The notes: a model not told the origin generated them from the sequence alone. DNA of 64,000 nucleotides from Octopus sinensis (GCF_006345805.1 NC_042997.1:17174001-17238000), one strand, 5' to 3'. Counted from the stretch's first letter, positions 23,859-39,985 are shown. Made by a program: numbers and translations.

Positions 23859-26184
23859 CATATATATAGTAATGAATATGTATGTGTGTGATTTTAGAAC
23901 AAATGTCTTAACAACTTATCATGCCTGTATCTATGTTGTACAATATGTAGACTAATATAAAAGCTATAAAGTATTGCCATAATATGGTTTGGTTGAATAC
24001 ATGGAAGTGTATTCAGTTGATGATCCAAGTCAATGTCAAGGATTTTCACATTAATGTTCGAGTATATTGCCACATTATTACTAACCCTTCACTGATACAA
24101 GTCAGATAAATAAAAGTTCATGTTCAAACTAACTTTGAATATTAGTTGATGTGGAGGAATACTAGATCATATTGAGAAGTAATAGGGATAGGAGAGTGTA
24201 GTTATTTAGGTATGAAGGGAAGCAGTCTCTTGACCTAGTAGAATTAACTTCCAAAGAACTCTATAAAATTACACTTCACTGTCTTAAAATCTATTTGTAA
24301 ACATTGGTAGTCTTACTGTAAGGGTTTTGATTACAAATCTGTCAGATCAAAGCTGTTTGAACCAACTACAAACACAATGTATATGCACATGTAGCTCTAT
24401 GTATAAGCATATGCACACTGTACATACATACATACATGCTTGTATATATATATATACAACATACATGCATACTTTCATATATACATATACATATGTACAT
24501 AAGAAGAAAATGTATGTACAAGTAATAGCATGATTAACAGTCACATTTGACCAACCCAAACCCACTTTGACAGAAATGATTTTTCACTGTCCATGAAAAA
24601 CTTCCGTTATGATATGATCAACTTTCACATGAGAGACAAGACAAAAAAAAGGAAGAAAAAAGCAACTAAACATTATATATGTATGCTTATTACACATATA
24701 TACATAAAATTTATATATATATATATATAAAATACATGTATATATATTTACATACATAAGATGCATACACATATATATGGTATCAGATATTTAACAAATA
24801 TCTATAGATGAACCTTTCTTATCAAGTCTGACATTTGAAATTACCAACATAGTGAAGGAAATTGCAAAAAAAAAAAAAACTATAGGAATAAACATAATAA
24901 TAAAGATAAATACATTTTTAAAAAAGTATGTTAAAGAAGCAAAAGTACACTTACATACACGCAAAGATAAGCAACACACACATACAAAAAGCTTTAACTC
25001 CTTTTCACATGAGAAAACGATATTAAGATGATAGATAGGTTACAATTGAACAACTATTAAGCTCTCAACCAGTGAATAAAAATACCAAAAAAATATTACT
25101 GAAATAAAAAAGGATGGAACAAAACACACTAAAGAAAAATAAACAAAAACCAAAAAAATAATGTAAATAGCAGTGGACAAGTGATATCTCATTCATTTCA
25201 TTTCGTTATGCCAGAATTTGTGTTCATAAGAACAGTAACATTGATATCATATATAAAATAGCAAGCTATTACATTAGATATATGCTGTGTATTTTATTAA
25301 TTTTTTTATATTTTTAGTTTTCTTAATTTCTTTTTTGAATAGTTTAAATGAATATATATTTATCTAGTGTTCTATTAAATGAGATACTCTGTTATTTAGT
25401 TTTATCATTCTATGTTTTGAGTTCAAGACTCATTCCGGCCAATTTTAATCTTTCAGTATAATAAATGTGATGGAGTCAACGAAAATTGCCTATAAAACTA
25501 ACATTCTTCCGGGAATTGATCTTCTGTTTGAATCAAGAGAAATCAATACTTTAAATAAATACCAGTTACATTTTAGGGATCAATTCAATCAACCACCATG
25601 CTTCTTTACAAATTTCTAGCCCTACACTGCAAAAATAAGAACTATCATATTTCATACTCTTATCATTGCTTTTAATACTGCTACTGGTTATCCTCTGCTC
25701 AGCTGTTGTTAAGCCGACCTATGTCACTATTTAACCCTGTGGAAACAACTCTTGAGTATTATGTGCAAGACATGATATCCCTTAGCCTAATACAATACCC
25801 AGCAAGATGAAAAATAAGAATCGTAACATAGAGCTATGATAGAAGTAGTCAGCAAGCCACACCATAACATAGTGAATACTGTCCTTATTTTTGACTATGG
25901 ACAAGATATTTATATTTGTCCAACATCTATAATGCATATATGTATTGTCTTTTGTTTCCTATTTCATTTATATTACCTCAAGAAACCTGATTTGTGAAAC
26001 TTTAAAAACAAACTTAGAGGATTATTTTCTAACAGGATCTCTAATATTTGTAGGAAGAAGGGAATAAGGGGGGGGGAGTTATAATATTGAAAACTAGCAA
26101 TGAATATTTGCAATATAATGTATTCCACTAAAGACATCCATGGTATAGATCAATGGATTAAGTCTGGTGCCCAAATACTAAAAT

Positions 26185-26342
26185 ACCTCTCAAACAAGTT
26201 TCTGTTAGTTTGCATTTACCAGTCTTCACTCACAAAGCTTTGGTAGATCCAAAGCTATTGTAGAAGACACTTTTCCAAGGTGCCATGCCGTGGGATTGAA
26301 CCCATAGCCATGCAATTGCAAAGGAAACACCTCCACACACCT
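26185..26342 (-). mobile_element. SINE family B
   Basis: GTAGAAGACACTTTTCCAAGGTGCCATGCCGTGGGATTGAACCC (reverse B-box). Confidence 0.7.
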
Positions 26343-28471
26343 CTTTTGATATCTATACTTAGATTTGATGAAACATTTATTTTTCTTTTTAAATATTTTG
26401 GTGCATTCTATTTGATGATTGACCGACCATCTGGTTTGTCCGGTCTCTGATTGGTACTACATATTGATTCTACTATAACAGTATACCTTACAGAGAAATA
26501 GTATCTTTTTAATAAATTAGAGCAACTATTGACTATATTGGTTATGTATCACAGAAAATCTTGATGCAGTCAACATTTTCTACCACTTGCCTGAGGCTTA
26601 CAAGTTTGTCTACTTACACACACAAACGTGTGTATGTATGTGCGTATGTGCACATATGCATGCATGTAGAAACAAGTGTTTTTATGTATACAGTCAGTAT
26701 CTGTAAATTCTGTGACTACATAAAAATGTATTTGTGCATATGTATGTGTGTATATATATATATATATGCATATATATACATACCCACATACACACACACA
26801 CATATACATACACACACTCACACAATCATGCAGTGGCCTCATTTGATATCTAATAAACCAGCTACTGTGTGTATAAATCATGCTACTAAATTATAAAGTA
26901 GATTTTCTCCCATTGCAACATGGCTGCCACCAGAAATAATTGAACCAACCAATCTTAATCACAATGAATTGTAAATGCTTAGTGAAGAGATTAATGTTTC
27001 ATACCCAGGAAATGTGTGATTCCTATGTAGACACATTGTCTTTGAGGTCCTTCCTGGCACTTATAGATTTTTATGCTTTTAAGTGCGAATATGTGTGCAT
27101 GTGTGTGTTTATTTTTATCTATGTATAGTTCCATGTGACTATCCATATGTGCATGTTTGTCTATTACTATGGGAATATTACTGTTATATGAATGTGTGTA
27201 AGTTATTTATGTAGATCTGATCATATGTCTATTTAAAAGTGTACATGCATATGTATGCGTTTGTGAAGTAAAGAAAGAGGTATAGAGAGAGAAGGAAAGA
27301 TAGAGAGAGAGGGAGATAGAGAGAAAGATAAAGAGAGAGAGAAAAAAGGGGAATTTGCTATTTATGCACGTATGTACTAGTACAGTTAATGTACAACAGC
27401 TTTTTTCTCCCCCATTTCCTGTCTAATACTTAATCTTTTCCAACTAATGAATAAAACAACAGCATTAATTTGTTTAATGTTTTTTTATGGTGATCGATCA
27501 AAAGCAATTACAGTGGTTGAGGGATTAAGCTACTGGATTACTTCTCCAAGTGACAAGAGTTCACACCCTATCATAAGTTTTGCTCAATACACAAACTACA
27601 GCATTATTTTTACCACATCTATTGAATTGAGTAGTTGGTGTTTAGGAGGACATCCTGCTATAAAATATCTATTTCAACAATTTCTAAATCCCCTCAAAAT
27701 GCTATAGATGTCAAGCAATTTATTTCCATATATTACTGTTGTGTAGCTAAGCTTTAATCAAGTAGAACTATGGTCAAAGGCATCACAGCAATTACCACTC
27801 ATTTCTCTCTGTTTCTCTCTCTCTCTCACATTTTTTCTTTGCTTTTTTTTTGTTTTCCATATCTACAATTACACTGTAAAATGTGCCCTTCCTTTTTAAA
27901 ATGGTAGCATGAGGGAATTTGGTTGCTAATAGTAGTGCAGGATTCTTTGATGGGTCAATCTCTATGTGATTTTAAAATTTAAATCTTGCATACTGAAACA
28001 GCTTCACTTTGGCTTCCTCATGCAAGGTCAAAGGAACCTGGGTATTTCCTATTTCAAAAACTGATTTGAAGACAGTATCTAGTATTGGAGCATGACACCT
28101 GAAACTACTAAAAACTTGTGCCAATAACAATACTAGTTACTGTGCAGCAACTGTTGGGAGTCATTTTGAAGCAGGTTAGAGAGAAGAGAGAGAGGCTATA
28201 GTATAGAAACGTCTGATAGGGACTGTCTTGTATCACAACTGGCCTTGTATAAGCAGTTCGTATGTAAGCTACATCTCGATTCATTAAAAACATAACTGTA
28301 TGTATCACCTTTTTAACTAGCACTAGACCACTAGCCTAATACATAACATCATAATAAATGTGATATATTTATAATTATCTTTACTTCTGTTATTCCCTTT
28401 ATTTGTTTACCTTTCGTGTGTATAATAGCTTTATGATGATGTTATTGTAACAAACTAATGATGATAATAAT

Positions 28472-28660
28472 TTCTTACAGAGAGGCACAAGTGAGAGGTT
28501 TAGCTGATTGCATCAACCTCAGTATTTGATTAATATTTTATTTTATCAACCACAAAAGGATGAAAGACAAAGTTGACTTCAGTAGAATTTGAACTCAGAA
28601 TGTAAAGAACCAGAACAAATACCACAAAGTATTTTTTCCAATGCTCTTACACCTTGCTAA
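28472..28660 (-). mobile_element. SINE family A
   Basis: AGGATGAAAGACAAAGTTGACTTCAGTAGAATTTGAACTCAGAATG is the reverse complement of the 57908 head and body. Confidence 0.75.
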
Positions 28661-29495
28661 TAAAAAAAAGATTCCATTTAGTTGCCACAGGGGTTGCAAA
28701 TGAGAGTGAATTCACATAAACATGTTACAAATAGTGTGTGAAGAGGATTTCCATGTAGACTAGCTGTGAAATGAGATAAAAATAAGCATACATACATGGT
28801 ATGCAAATCTGAAATATAGTCTTCAGAGAAGTGAGCCTCCACTTATGACTAACCAAGGAGCCCTATAGGTCCAATATTACTCACACTACCCTCTTTCAAC
28901 TGTCATTCTCTGGCCTACAGGTGCTCTCTGAAAGTATACTCAATCACTTGTGTCATGTTCACTAGTGCCACTTCACTGTTAACAATTATACTAGAAGATA
29001 GCACCTCTCCTTCCACTTCACCATATCAAGTTGATCTTGAAAAAGTTAAGGAACATTTGACTAAAGAGAAACATTTGTAGCTATTTCTAGAACAGGCACA
29101 AACCACAAATTGACCACAGTATTTGACTGGTACTATATCTAATTGAGCTCAGAAAGATGAAAGGCTGAGTGGAACTTATCAAGATTTAAACTCTGGACAT
29201 AAAGAGCCTGAAGAAAGGAAGAAGGAGAATGGAAATGAGAAGAAATGATGATGACAAGATATCTAAGCAAGAAACCTCAGATTCTTAAACCGCGCGCACA
29301 CACACACAAGTGCATACTTTATACTATAAGCAAATAAAGTCAAAAATATTACAATAAGCATGTCTTATCAAAACTAGGAATTGAAACTGAGTAGCAATCT
29401 CAGTGTACTAAAAAACTCAAGCTTATATGACAACCAAAACAGGTAAGTTACTACAACTGCTCAACAAATCCCTCTGTGTGTGTGTGTGTGTTTAA

Positions 29496-29732
29496 CCCTT
29501 TCACTTAATACAGGACTTTTGTTGCAGACTTCTGAATCAAATTTATTTGATTTACCAACAACAGGATGCTGTCTTTGACAACAGGCAAATAAGATTTGTT
29601 CAAATTTTCATAAATGGTAAAGGAATAAAAAGGAAAAAAATGTAAGAAACATTTTTAAGACCATCTTAAACTGACATATTTTATCCCAGCATGATGCAGA
29701 TCTAGGCTGCAGATAATGCTGTATTGAGAGGG
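29496..29732. mobile_element. piggyBac-type MITE
   Basis: TTAA at 29492-29495 and 29733-29736; ends CCCTTTC...AATACAG / CTGTATTGAGAGGG (left end has a 4-nt insertion). Confidence 0.6.
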
Positions 29733-30634
29733 TTAAAGACCATGACATATGTCACATAAGACTTCATATATTCCTTGTTATTCTCACTTCATTAAAATAC
29801 AAACAGAAGAGGACAAACATGCACAAAATTTTTAAATGTGTGTGTATGTATATGTATACACAGATACACACACATGCATACATATATATGCACACACATG
29901 CACACATATATACACACACACATTTTCATACTTTCAGTGAAAATTGTTGCTATTCATTGCCTCTCCTGCTTTATCACTTTATCTTTCTGTCATGTTTCTC
30001 TCCTTCAGCCCATTGTTGTTTCTTCACAGTCTGTCTGTCTGCTGATATTCTCTCTCTCTCTTTCTCTCTCTTGCTCTTTGTCTTTTCTTTCATTCAAACA
30101 AACATGTATTTCTGTTGCTGGTACTGGAAGTGCTGAGAATAAATGTCAGAGCTATATGAAACCTGTTCTTTCTTACAGAAAACATTTTAAAATGTTGGTC
30201 TCAACTCCATATTTATTTTCATTTATATTTTGTATCATTTAAGTTTTTTGCCCTATGGTCTTCTATTTTCAAATATATATACAAACATATAGATTAATCT
30301 GTATATATACATATACACATACATGTGTGTGTGTGTGTGTGTGCACATATGTCTTCTGATATATACATATATGTACATATATATCTACATGAATGTATAC
30401 ATATATTAATATATACATACATACTTCTTTATACATAAATATTTATATCCACACACATAATATGTATATATGTGTCTATGTATATAAACAAGTTTGTTTG
30501 TAAGTAAATATCCGTATACCTGTATGTAAAAACTTACATGTGTTTGTAAACATTTATCTATATATAAATATATATATATATATATTTCTATCATTGAAAT
30601 TTCTGTAAGCAAATATATATAGGCGTATTTGTCT

Positions 30635-30676
<42 letters not shown>

Positions 30677-31390
30677 GCATGTCTGCATAGGTGTTTGTAT
30701 CTACAAAAATATTTGTGAATATAAATCAATATGTGTGTTTGTGTGAGTATAATGAAAATGTAAATAAACAAAATCAATTCTGTAATTTTTTTTATAATTT
30801 CTTTAAATTCGTCCATTTGTTGCATTAGTTTGTCTGTCATGATCTACAGAGGTCTTGAAGATATAGCTTATTTGAACAAATCACTTAATGAACTGCTTTA
30901 AACTGAAATCTTTATAAACAGTGTTGTTGTCAAATGCAGACAGATCCAAGACTTAAGACTGTGAAGTTCAGTAGAGCTCTTATTCTATAGAATCACACCA
31001 GTAAACATCAAAAGAAAGCATACATAATATGAAGAAATAAAAAACAATATTCTTCTTGTGTTTAGGTAGACTGTACATGAACTTCTAACATCATCAGCGA
31101 CAGTAATAATGAGATTAATTTAATGAATTACCACACATCAGAATCAATACAAACAGTATAACAACAACAATGATAATAATAATAATAATAATAATGCTGC
31201 TGATAATGATGACGATGATGATGACAATGATGATGATTTATTGTGTGTTCTTCAATTGTCATTGGGACACATGCACGCACACAATAAACATTACTAGGTA
31301 TTTTTTAACAGTTGATTGCAAAATAAAAAAAGGATATTTAGAAATTTCATCTAAATCCAATATCTTTAATATATATATATATATATATAT

Positions 31391-31432
<42 letters not shown>

Positions 31433-31939
31433 GTGGTGGCACATGCTTGACAAATAACCTGATCTGAGGCCCTATGTTGAAACTTAAGCAATATAACCAA
31501 ATATAGTCATACACACACACACGCACACACACATACACACACACATGAAATAATTGTACAATAAACAATAGACAACAATATTTATAAAGTACTCAATATG
31601 GGGATGGGGTTAAAATAACAGTGGAGCAAAGAAGCTCAATAAATTCAAGAATTCTCTTTTTCTGGTGATTTTTGCTCTTTCATATCCACTAAATTAATAC
31701 TAAAATAAAATTGATGAAAATTATACAGAAATAATGAGTTATTGCTATCCAAGCAATAGTTTTACAATTTTGTTTTGATGTAGTTTCTAAGGAGTCAAAA
31801 GAAAGAACACTAATAAAATATTCTTGAATTTGTTGAACTTTATTCTTTACAAGTAGGGATCCATAGGAATTCCATAATTTTTATTTCTATTTTGATGCAT
31901 AAATTTGTAGATCATTGTTATATTATTTCATGATATCAA

Positions 31940-32153
31940 CCCTTTTATTATCATATTTCTGTTGAAATACAGTCTTTACTTCAATTGATTTTGAAAATAA
32001 TATAGAATTTATTAAAATAATTGTCATTATTAAGCTGGTGTTTGAAACATAAATTAGCATGAAATTCTGATGGATAGTTTTAATTAAGGTAATTTTAAAA
32101 GAGTTTGTATCATAAAACTCAGAGTGGTTTCTGGCAGTATGATATGAAAAAGG
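31940..32153. mobile_element. piggyBac-type MITE (second family)
   Basis: TCAA|CCCTTT ... AAAAGG|TTAA termini; non-coding interior. Confidence 0.5.
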
Positions 32154-32479
32154 TTAAATATTTTAATTACATCATTAATTGTATTCCAGTGTTAGGATCA
32201 TTTAATGTGTAACACTTCAAAATTGTTTCATTACTTTAACTATTGCAGTTATACCATTCTTTCATACCAAGGTTAAAAATACTGTAAGTGTAACACATAA
32301 ATCATGTTAAACATTTTGATTATGGTTTTTATTTTGTTTCAGAGTAATGGCAGTTTAAAGTGTAACACAGTTCATCACCTTAAGAGGATGCAATAAATGA
32401 CTACTGAGTATGTAAATACAGATAAGAAGGATAAAACAGATAGTGTTCTTTATAATTATAACAGCTAGCATCACACATC

Positions 32480-32990
32480 TGGTTATTCATATTTCATGCT
32501 TCTGATGATTGGATTGGATATGAAGTGCAGTGAAAAAGACTTCTTGAGAAGTAAGAAAGATGTCCAACATACCTCCAGCAAGCTTCATGACATCTAGCTA
32601 TCAGGTGTCTCAAAGTCAACAAGGCTAACATTCTTCAAAGCATCTTAATGGAGCAGAAAGCTGCTCAATGATGAAGGAGGTTTAAGACTGCCTTTGTGGT
32701 ATGTACATGAAGGTAGCCACAAGATCAAAGAGGAGATTTATGGACACATTCTATCCATCACTATTATTATTACTCAATGCAGAGTATGCTTTATTGGTCA
32801 CTGCTATTGTACTGAACATGAAATCATATCAGATGTTATATTTTGTAGACATCTGCTCCCTAATAGGGGACAAAGACCAATCAACTATCATGTTATTAGC
32901 TGACAACAGAGCATGAAATTGAAGATCTACCAAAGTTAATACTAGACAAAGATTCCAGGCATAGCATGGTGGAATGCATCTCAGTTGCAG
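32480..32990 (+). mobile_element. RTE-clade (RTEX-like) LINE C-terminal fragment
   Basis: ORF 32694-32903 HKIKEEIYGHI..IT....CRVCFIGHC....EIISDV......RGQRP resembles ELYG.LP.IT..I..RRLRFAGHC...E..S....W.P....RGRP; YGAES upstream. Confidence 0.55.
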
Positions 32991-33021
32991 CTGCTTGAAG
33001 AAGAAATCATACATATACATA

Positions 33022-33052
<31 letters not shown>

Positions 33053-33164
33053 TATATGTGTGTGTGTTGTATAGTTATATATATATATATATCTGGATGT
33101 TTTGTTGCCCCTTTTTGTATCACCTAGTTGTCTGGATGTTTTGCGTTCTTGTCCTATTTTGTAT

Positions 33165-33209
<45 letters not shown>

Positions 33210-36200
33210 ATTGTCATACTGTCGCTATGTGAATAAACACTTTGTGGTGATATTGATAATTAGTCTATCATGCCAAAATGAATTAGTGAGACTGCTCAAT
33301 AAAAATTAAAATTTATTAAGTTTAGAGTGATTAATTAGTTAAAACTGTGAGACAATCTAAAACAAAGTCTAGTTGCATAGAAATAAATTATCTACTGTAA
33401 GTGTGTGTGTATATGTATATATGTATGTATGTATTTTATACATGTATGTATATTTGTGTGTGTTCGAGTGTGCGCCTTTGTGTGTGTGTGTGTGTGCATG
33501 TATAGGTATGACTGTGAAATTAAGTCTGCTTAAACATCACATGCTTTCTGGTCCAGTTCCAAATCAAAGCCTTGTGAAGGAATATATGTGTATATAATAC
33601 ACACACACACACACACACAAAAAGTATATATACCCATGCACACACTCAGTACATAAAAATACATGTAAATTAGTATGTATGTGTATATATTTATTAATAT
33701 CTAGCATACAATAGCATCATGATAAAACCATCAGTATATTGAAAGATTGGACACTGAATCAATAGTGTTCCAGACAATCAGCTTAGAGGTTAGTGCATCA
33801 TATACTGTGGTTAAAACTGCACGTATCCAGAGCTAAGACACTTCTGTTTCAAATGTAAAGAGACAATAAGTATTTGTGAAATTTATGTCTCTTCCAGTTG
33901 CCTAAATGTGTCATCTTTAACTCTTATTTTTGGAGCTCATTCATTGAGATTCTATTGCATCATCACAAACCAATATATATTTTTCTACATATGCACATTT
34001 ATATAATTACATATACACACACATTCATATACACATACATACATACATACACACACACGCATGCTTTTTGTAAATGTTTCAATACAAAGCTGTAACATCT
34101 GAGTATTAATTGTCACTGAGGTTTCAGTAAAAACATCAAACTGAACAATGCTATGTAAAATCACCATTATCACCATAATCGTAATGTATTTTTGCATCAT
34201 CATCAGCAGCAGCATCAAAATCACCCAGTTGTCAGTTTACCATTCAATGCTAGCATGTATTAGACTTGCTTAATATCATAATGTTAATTCTATGAATAAA
34301 GCGAAACAATTCTACAAAGTTCTTCATTTGCATAACTGTTGCATTAAAGTTGATGGTTTCCTTAAATCTCATTTGCTGAACAATAGCAAAAGATTATGTA
34401 TTTTGACAATACTATCTTCCATTCTGAATATTTATGTTGCTTACCCCATTTCTTTCTCTCTTTGTTTTCTACTCTTTCTGTCATTCACTCTTTCCTTTTT
34501 GCTTTCTCATATTATAGATGGAGTAAAAACACATACACAGACAATTGATAATAGAAGCCTGTTCAATCAACTGAAATAGGATGGATTACTTTAGATGAAA
34601 ATGGAAAAACCTTTGTTGAGGGGTGGTTGTGTCAGTCATGAATTTCTCTTGTCCAGATGTTTTTAACTACTCTACTACAGCACATTTATGTGCTCTGTGT
34701 AGCCTATAAGCATTTCATGGTTTTCTTTTTAGATGAGCTGGAAAACGTGAAACTATTTTGGAAGCTGAAATGTTTTTTTTAACACACAGTACCAGCATCT
34801 AATGTAATTTATTGCTGCTAAGTCAGATATAAGCACCCACCATTGTCTTAAAGCAATTTTAATACTCTTTCTGTTTATAATAAGCAAAAGAAAATTTCTG
34901 CCTTGGGGATTGAAATGGTGTTGTAAGTTTACTCTGGCACTTAACAGAATAGATTACGTAGCACTTACTGTAGTTGGAGTGATGATTTATAGAATGGAAA
35001 TTTATTCCAAAATTATCCAAATATCACATTAAATATAAAGAAATTGGAATATATAGCCTAACATCTGACAAAAACATCACGTTTGATGACTTATGATTGT
35101 GGTTTGCTCCACATATATAGATTGAATTCTGACACTGTTATTTTGGTATATATGTTGGAGCTTCATAACTTCTATATTGTGCATCACTTTTCAGGGTACC
35201 ATGACACTCTCATGCAATCTTCAAATGAAGCAGACTAAATCTTATTCCAGATAATACCAACATTTTTTTTTTATTCCTTTAAAATAATGAGAGCAGGGCA
35301 AGATGTAGAAATGTATCATATGAGTCACTTTGACTTGTGTGAGATTTAAAATGACCAAAGACAGACTGCTATAGTCAGAGATAATGTTAACAGTATAGAG
35401 GTCCAATGGCTGGCTTATAGATTCACAAATTGTTCATTATGTATTTGGATAGTACATCTCAAATTATATACTTATTCTCACCTATCAGTAACAGAGACCA
35501 TAACTGGCTGAACACAGTGTTCTGTCTAGGCATCACTAGTTCATATTTTCTTGCCTGTACTATACTGTGTCTATAGCTAAGATTTTAACAACTGTCTTTC
35601 AATGGCCAAGTTCACTTTGACAATAACTATGTTGTTTAACCCAGAGGAGACCAAAAAAAGCTGGTGTGTAATCAAGAGTACTTGAGTCATGATAATCTTG
35701 TCATTTTATTCAAGTATTGTGCATGTTGGACTGCATTATATCTAATATGCCTTCTTTATTAAAGTGGTAGGTGTGCTTTCAAAAGAATTTGGCTGCTGTT
35801 TCTTGCACATCAAACAATCAGTAGAGACTTTCTCACATGCATGTACAACTGTATGTACTGCATGGTGATATAACTCTACTAGGAACATTAATAGCAGTAG
35901 CAGTGGGGAAATGATGAGTGGTTCATTGGTAAGTACATTTCTTCCTGGAAGAAAAGTGATACACAAAAATTGATCCTTGATGCCTTTAATGCTACATGAA
36001 ACTGGAAATAAGCACTGACCAATGAATTCAATAGATATTGGCTTTTAGAGAAGTTAGATTTTTTTTGTATTCAAAAATACTATATTGTAAATTGTGAATA
36101 ATATTAACTTTCATAACAGGTTTCTAGTAAGCCACTTGCTGGTTTACTGCGTTTTTTGTAGGGAAAATGACAAAAAAGTATCTACAATTTGGTGGAGTAC

Positions 36201-38329
36201 CAAATTCCACTTATAAGGCTTTGGCTTACTAAATTTATCGTAGAAGATACTTGCCAGTGGGACCACACATCAGAATGAGACACAAAACTACATAATAGAG
36301 AAATGGAATTCTAAACCACCCAGCCATGCTTAAAACATCCAACAAGTCAGTCTGCATTGAATTTCTAGATAGCTGCAATTATTGCATTATTATATCATAC
36401 CATATTATTCTAATACCTCAGTATTGAAATATGATATTCTATTTCAAAAATATAATTGAGAATTTGTTGAAAAAGATTCCAATGCTTCATTTGGCTACTA
36501 CATAGATGCTCTCCCTCATTATCTTGATAACTATTATGAATTATGCGAATTCCAGACTATGTACCATCAAATAATATTTCATACTTATAAATGCAAAAGA
36601 TTTTTGAAATACTACTTTAGAAGGTGAGAGATTTGCTAATTAGAGTCGTAAATATTTGCTTATAACCTGAAGCTACCTGTATCTAAAATATAACTTTCTT
36701 GCACTGTACTTCAAAGAAGTATTTGTGTCATAATATAGTATATGTAGAAAAGTCTAATTTTGTTGATGTTGTTGCTTTTATTGTCATTGTCATTTATTTT
36801 TTAAAAATTTCTAACTCTTGGTTCAGTGCATTTTATATTCTCATTGATGTTGATATAACTTTATCTGAAATTGCTGAACATAAAAGGATTTTAATTTAAG
36901 AGCATGCATATTAATGTGTTAAGTTTTGCTTGTTTATGTGCTTATGCATGTATGTTTATTATATTTTCATTATATTATATTTGTATATTTTTCATATATA
37001 TTGAATATATTTTATATATGGTGTATATATTTTGTATGTATTATACTATATTCATCATATATTATGTAGATTGTATATATAACATACATTTATTATAGTC
37101 ATTATGTGTATATTATCCATGTTTTACATATTGCATATATTATGAATAATCTCTCTACCCTATGTGTGTGTATACGTGCACATGTATGTATGTGTACATG
37201 TGTGTGTCTGTGTGTGTGTGTGTATCACAACAGATATTAGGATGCATTCTGATATATTTATGTGCTTTATATGCTAAATGAATTCATTTATGCTGCACAT
37301 GTGAGTTTGTAGTATGTGGCATATATTTAGATGTGTAGTTTCAATCATTAAACAAATTTATTAACATATATGTGCATGTGTAAAAACATATTTGTGTATG
37401 TGTGTATGTATATATATATATGTGTGTGTGTGTCTGTGTGTGTTACATTACATTATATTTTTCTCGACTTTCAGCATTGAGGCTTTTATAACTATGGCTG
37501 GCAGTGAAGTATTGGAGTATTTCATATATATAAATGTATACACACACACACACACACATGAGTATATTTGTGTGTATGTGCATAGTTTCAATCACTATGT
37601 TGCATGTGATTGAATGGCTATAACAACATAGGTGAGGAAGTGGTGAAATGGATTAATTGACAGCTTTTTAGTAGATTTAAATTCAGGGTATGGAAGTGGT
37701 AGTGGAGAAAATTTATGCATTTCACTCCAATTTAATATATATAATCATATGGCAAATAGAGAAAAGCGAGTGAGCATGTGTGTGTGGTGAATATGGCTGT
37801 ATGTGGTTAAGAGATAAATAGAATGGGAGAATGTAAAAATGACAGAGAGCAAGAGAACGAGAGAGCAAGGGAGGAGGTTGTAGGGGGACTTGTTGCATAG
37901 ATTATGGACTCTGAGTGTTTACATTTATAAAGTAGCAACTGAGCCAACTTGGTTCTTAACACTTCTGAAAGCCTACCATTAAAAGATAAGCAGATATAAG
38001 CTAACACCATAAAGTAAATGGCATCAAAAGAAAAGAGGAAGCAGGGTGATAGATAGATAGATCAATAGGTTGATAGATAGATGGATAGTTAGATAGACAG
38101 ATAGGGTAAAGAGAGGACGGGGAAAACAGGCATGTGAAACAAGACTGACTGGAAGGAACTTGAAAGAAGCAGAATGTATGTGCATTTGTGTTTGTGTGTG
38201 TGTGTGTGTGTGTGTGCGTGTGTGTATTGTAGGGGTGGGAAGAAGAAACTTAAAAAAAATAACTTCTCATATTAAATTGATTAATGCTTCTAGCAATGAA
38301 ATGAAATGAAAGAAAAAGAAAAAACTGAA

Positions 38330-38533
38330 AACTACAACATAATATTAGAATGTGAAAAAAAATACAAAAAACAAAACCAAAAACAAGTTAAAATGGATTG
38401 AGAAATATGTCTATGTCCTTCTCTGTGTGTATAGTGTGTGTATATGATTGTATGTGTATATGCATGCATTGCCGTGTGTGTACAGTCATACATATACATA
38501 TACATATATATATAAATATATATATATATATTA

Positions 38534-38569
<36 letters not shown>

Positions 38570-38810
38570 CATATAATATATATATATAAATATATATACA
38601 TATATATATATGTATAAATATATATACATATATATATATATATGTATGTATGAATGTGTGCATAAATACACACTCTACCTACATACATGTATATGTGTTA
38701 TATATACATATATATGTGTGTGTATGTATACATATATATATGTGTGTGTGTATACATACACACACATACACACGTGGATACAGGTGTTTGTGTGCATGTG
38801 TGAGAGAGGG
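38330..38810. repeat. Compound (TA)n/(TG)n/(CA)n microsatellite
   Basis: Visible directly; source of ORFs 38332-38871. Confidence 0.9.
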
Positions 38811-39985
38811 TGGTAGAAGTGTGAAGAAAATGAAATTTATGAAAAAAATAAAGTCAGTTAAAAACAGCTAAAGATAAGAGCAATCAAACTAGCAAGTGAG
38901 ATGAAAGAGTCAAAGTTAACAAATGTGTTGACTGGCTTTGTGGGGGAGGTGGGGCCAGGATAATGGATAAAGTAAAAGGAACTAGGAAAAAATATTAATG
39001 GCAGAAAAAAGAGATGGATACTGAAAATATTGGAACATATTGATAGAAACAGAGAGAATATTAGATACAAATTCAGCGATAGAGAGATAGATAGCTGCTC
39101 ATGCTGATAGTCTGACAAAGATACTCATACAAGATAGTGTGTGTGTGCATATATATATATATATATAATACAGGTATGAAAATTCATGCACAAGTGTGTA
39201 TCCCAATTTTAGAATGGGTACGCTATGTCCTTGTGTGTCATAAGAAGGATGGTATTAAAGAGAACATCTCACAATAAAATGCTGCTTCAGAAAACACAAC
39301 CTTGCCCATACTGTGATGGAATGTAAGCACAAAACAATGATGATTATGATATTTACACACACATATGCACTCTCTCTCTCTCATACATACATACATACAT
39401 ACATACATACACACACATTTAAAAAACTTTTTTGCTTATTTTAGTCATTAGACTGTAGCTATGCTGGGACACTGTCATTATATATATATATATATATATA
39501 TATACATACACATACACAAATATACATACATATATATGTATATATAGTTATAGGCATTGAATGCAGAAGATGTGTGCATGCTCTGCTGAATATGTAATGT
39601 CAGCATGCATGAATGACAGTGTGCTGAGTGAAAAAACATGCTTTTTAGAGGAATCAACTGTATTGCACAAAAGAAAAGACTGCACTGTTACAGACAAATA
39701 ATGAGGATGATGAAACAGTTAGGTGAAACAGCATTAAAGTGAAAATGCAAGAGGACGATGTTTGGAAGAATAGTATGATTTCATCTTAAGATGTTGACTA
39801 GTGAATGATGAAGGACCACAATAGAATGACAACGGGCCATCATACGTGGTGAGCCCTTCATCTCTTAGCTTGCCCCATTGGAAATTTGTCATCACTTTTT
39901 TGAAATATCTCCTCTCTCTATATATATGAATGTATATACAATTATGTGTGTGTATATGATGAACTGTGTGAAAGCCCACCATATA

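Noticed and set aside
30406-30840. 144-aa ORF starting MTDKLMQQMDEFKEII
   Set aside because: Runs straight into microsatellite translation, with no donor site after the protein-like start.
32249-32283. Plus-strand microexon candidate (also 35883-35928 and 60794-60848)
   Set aside because: Weak acceptor or donor, no homology; expected by chance in 64 kb.
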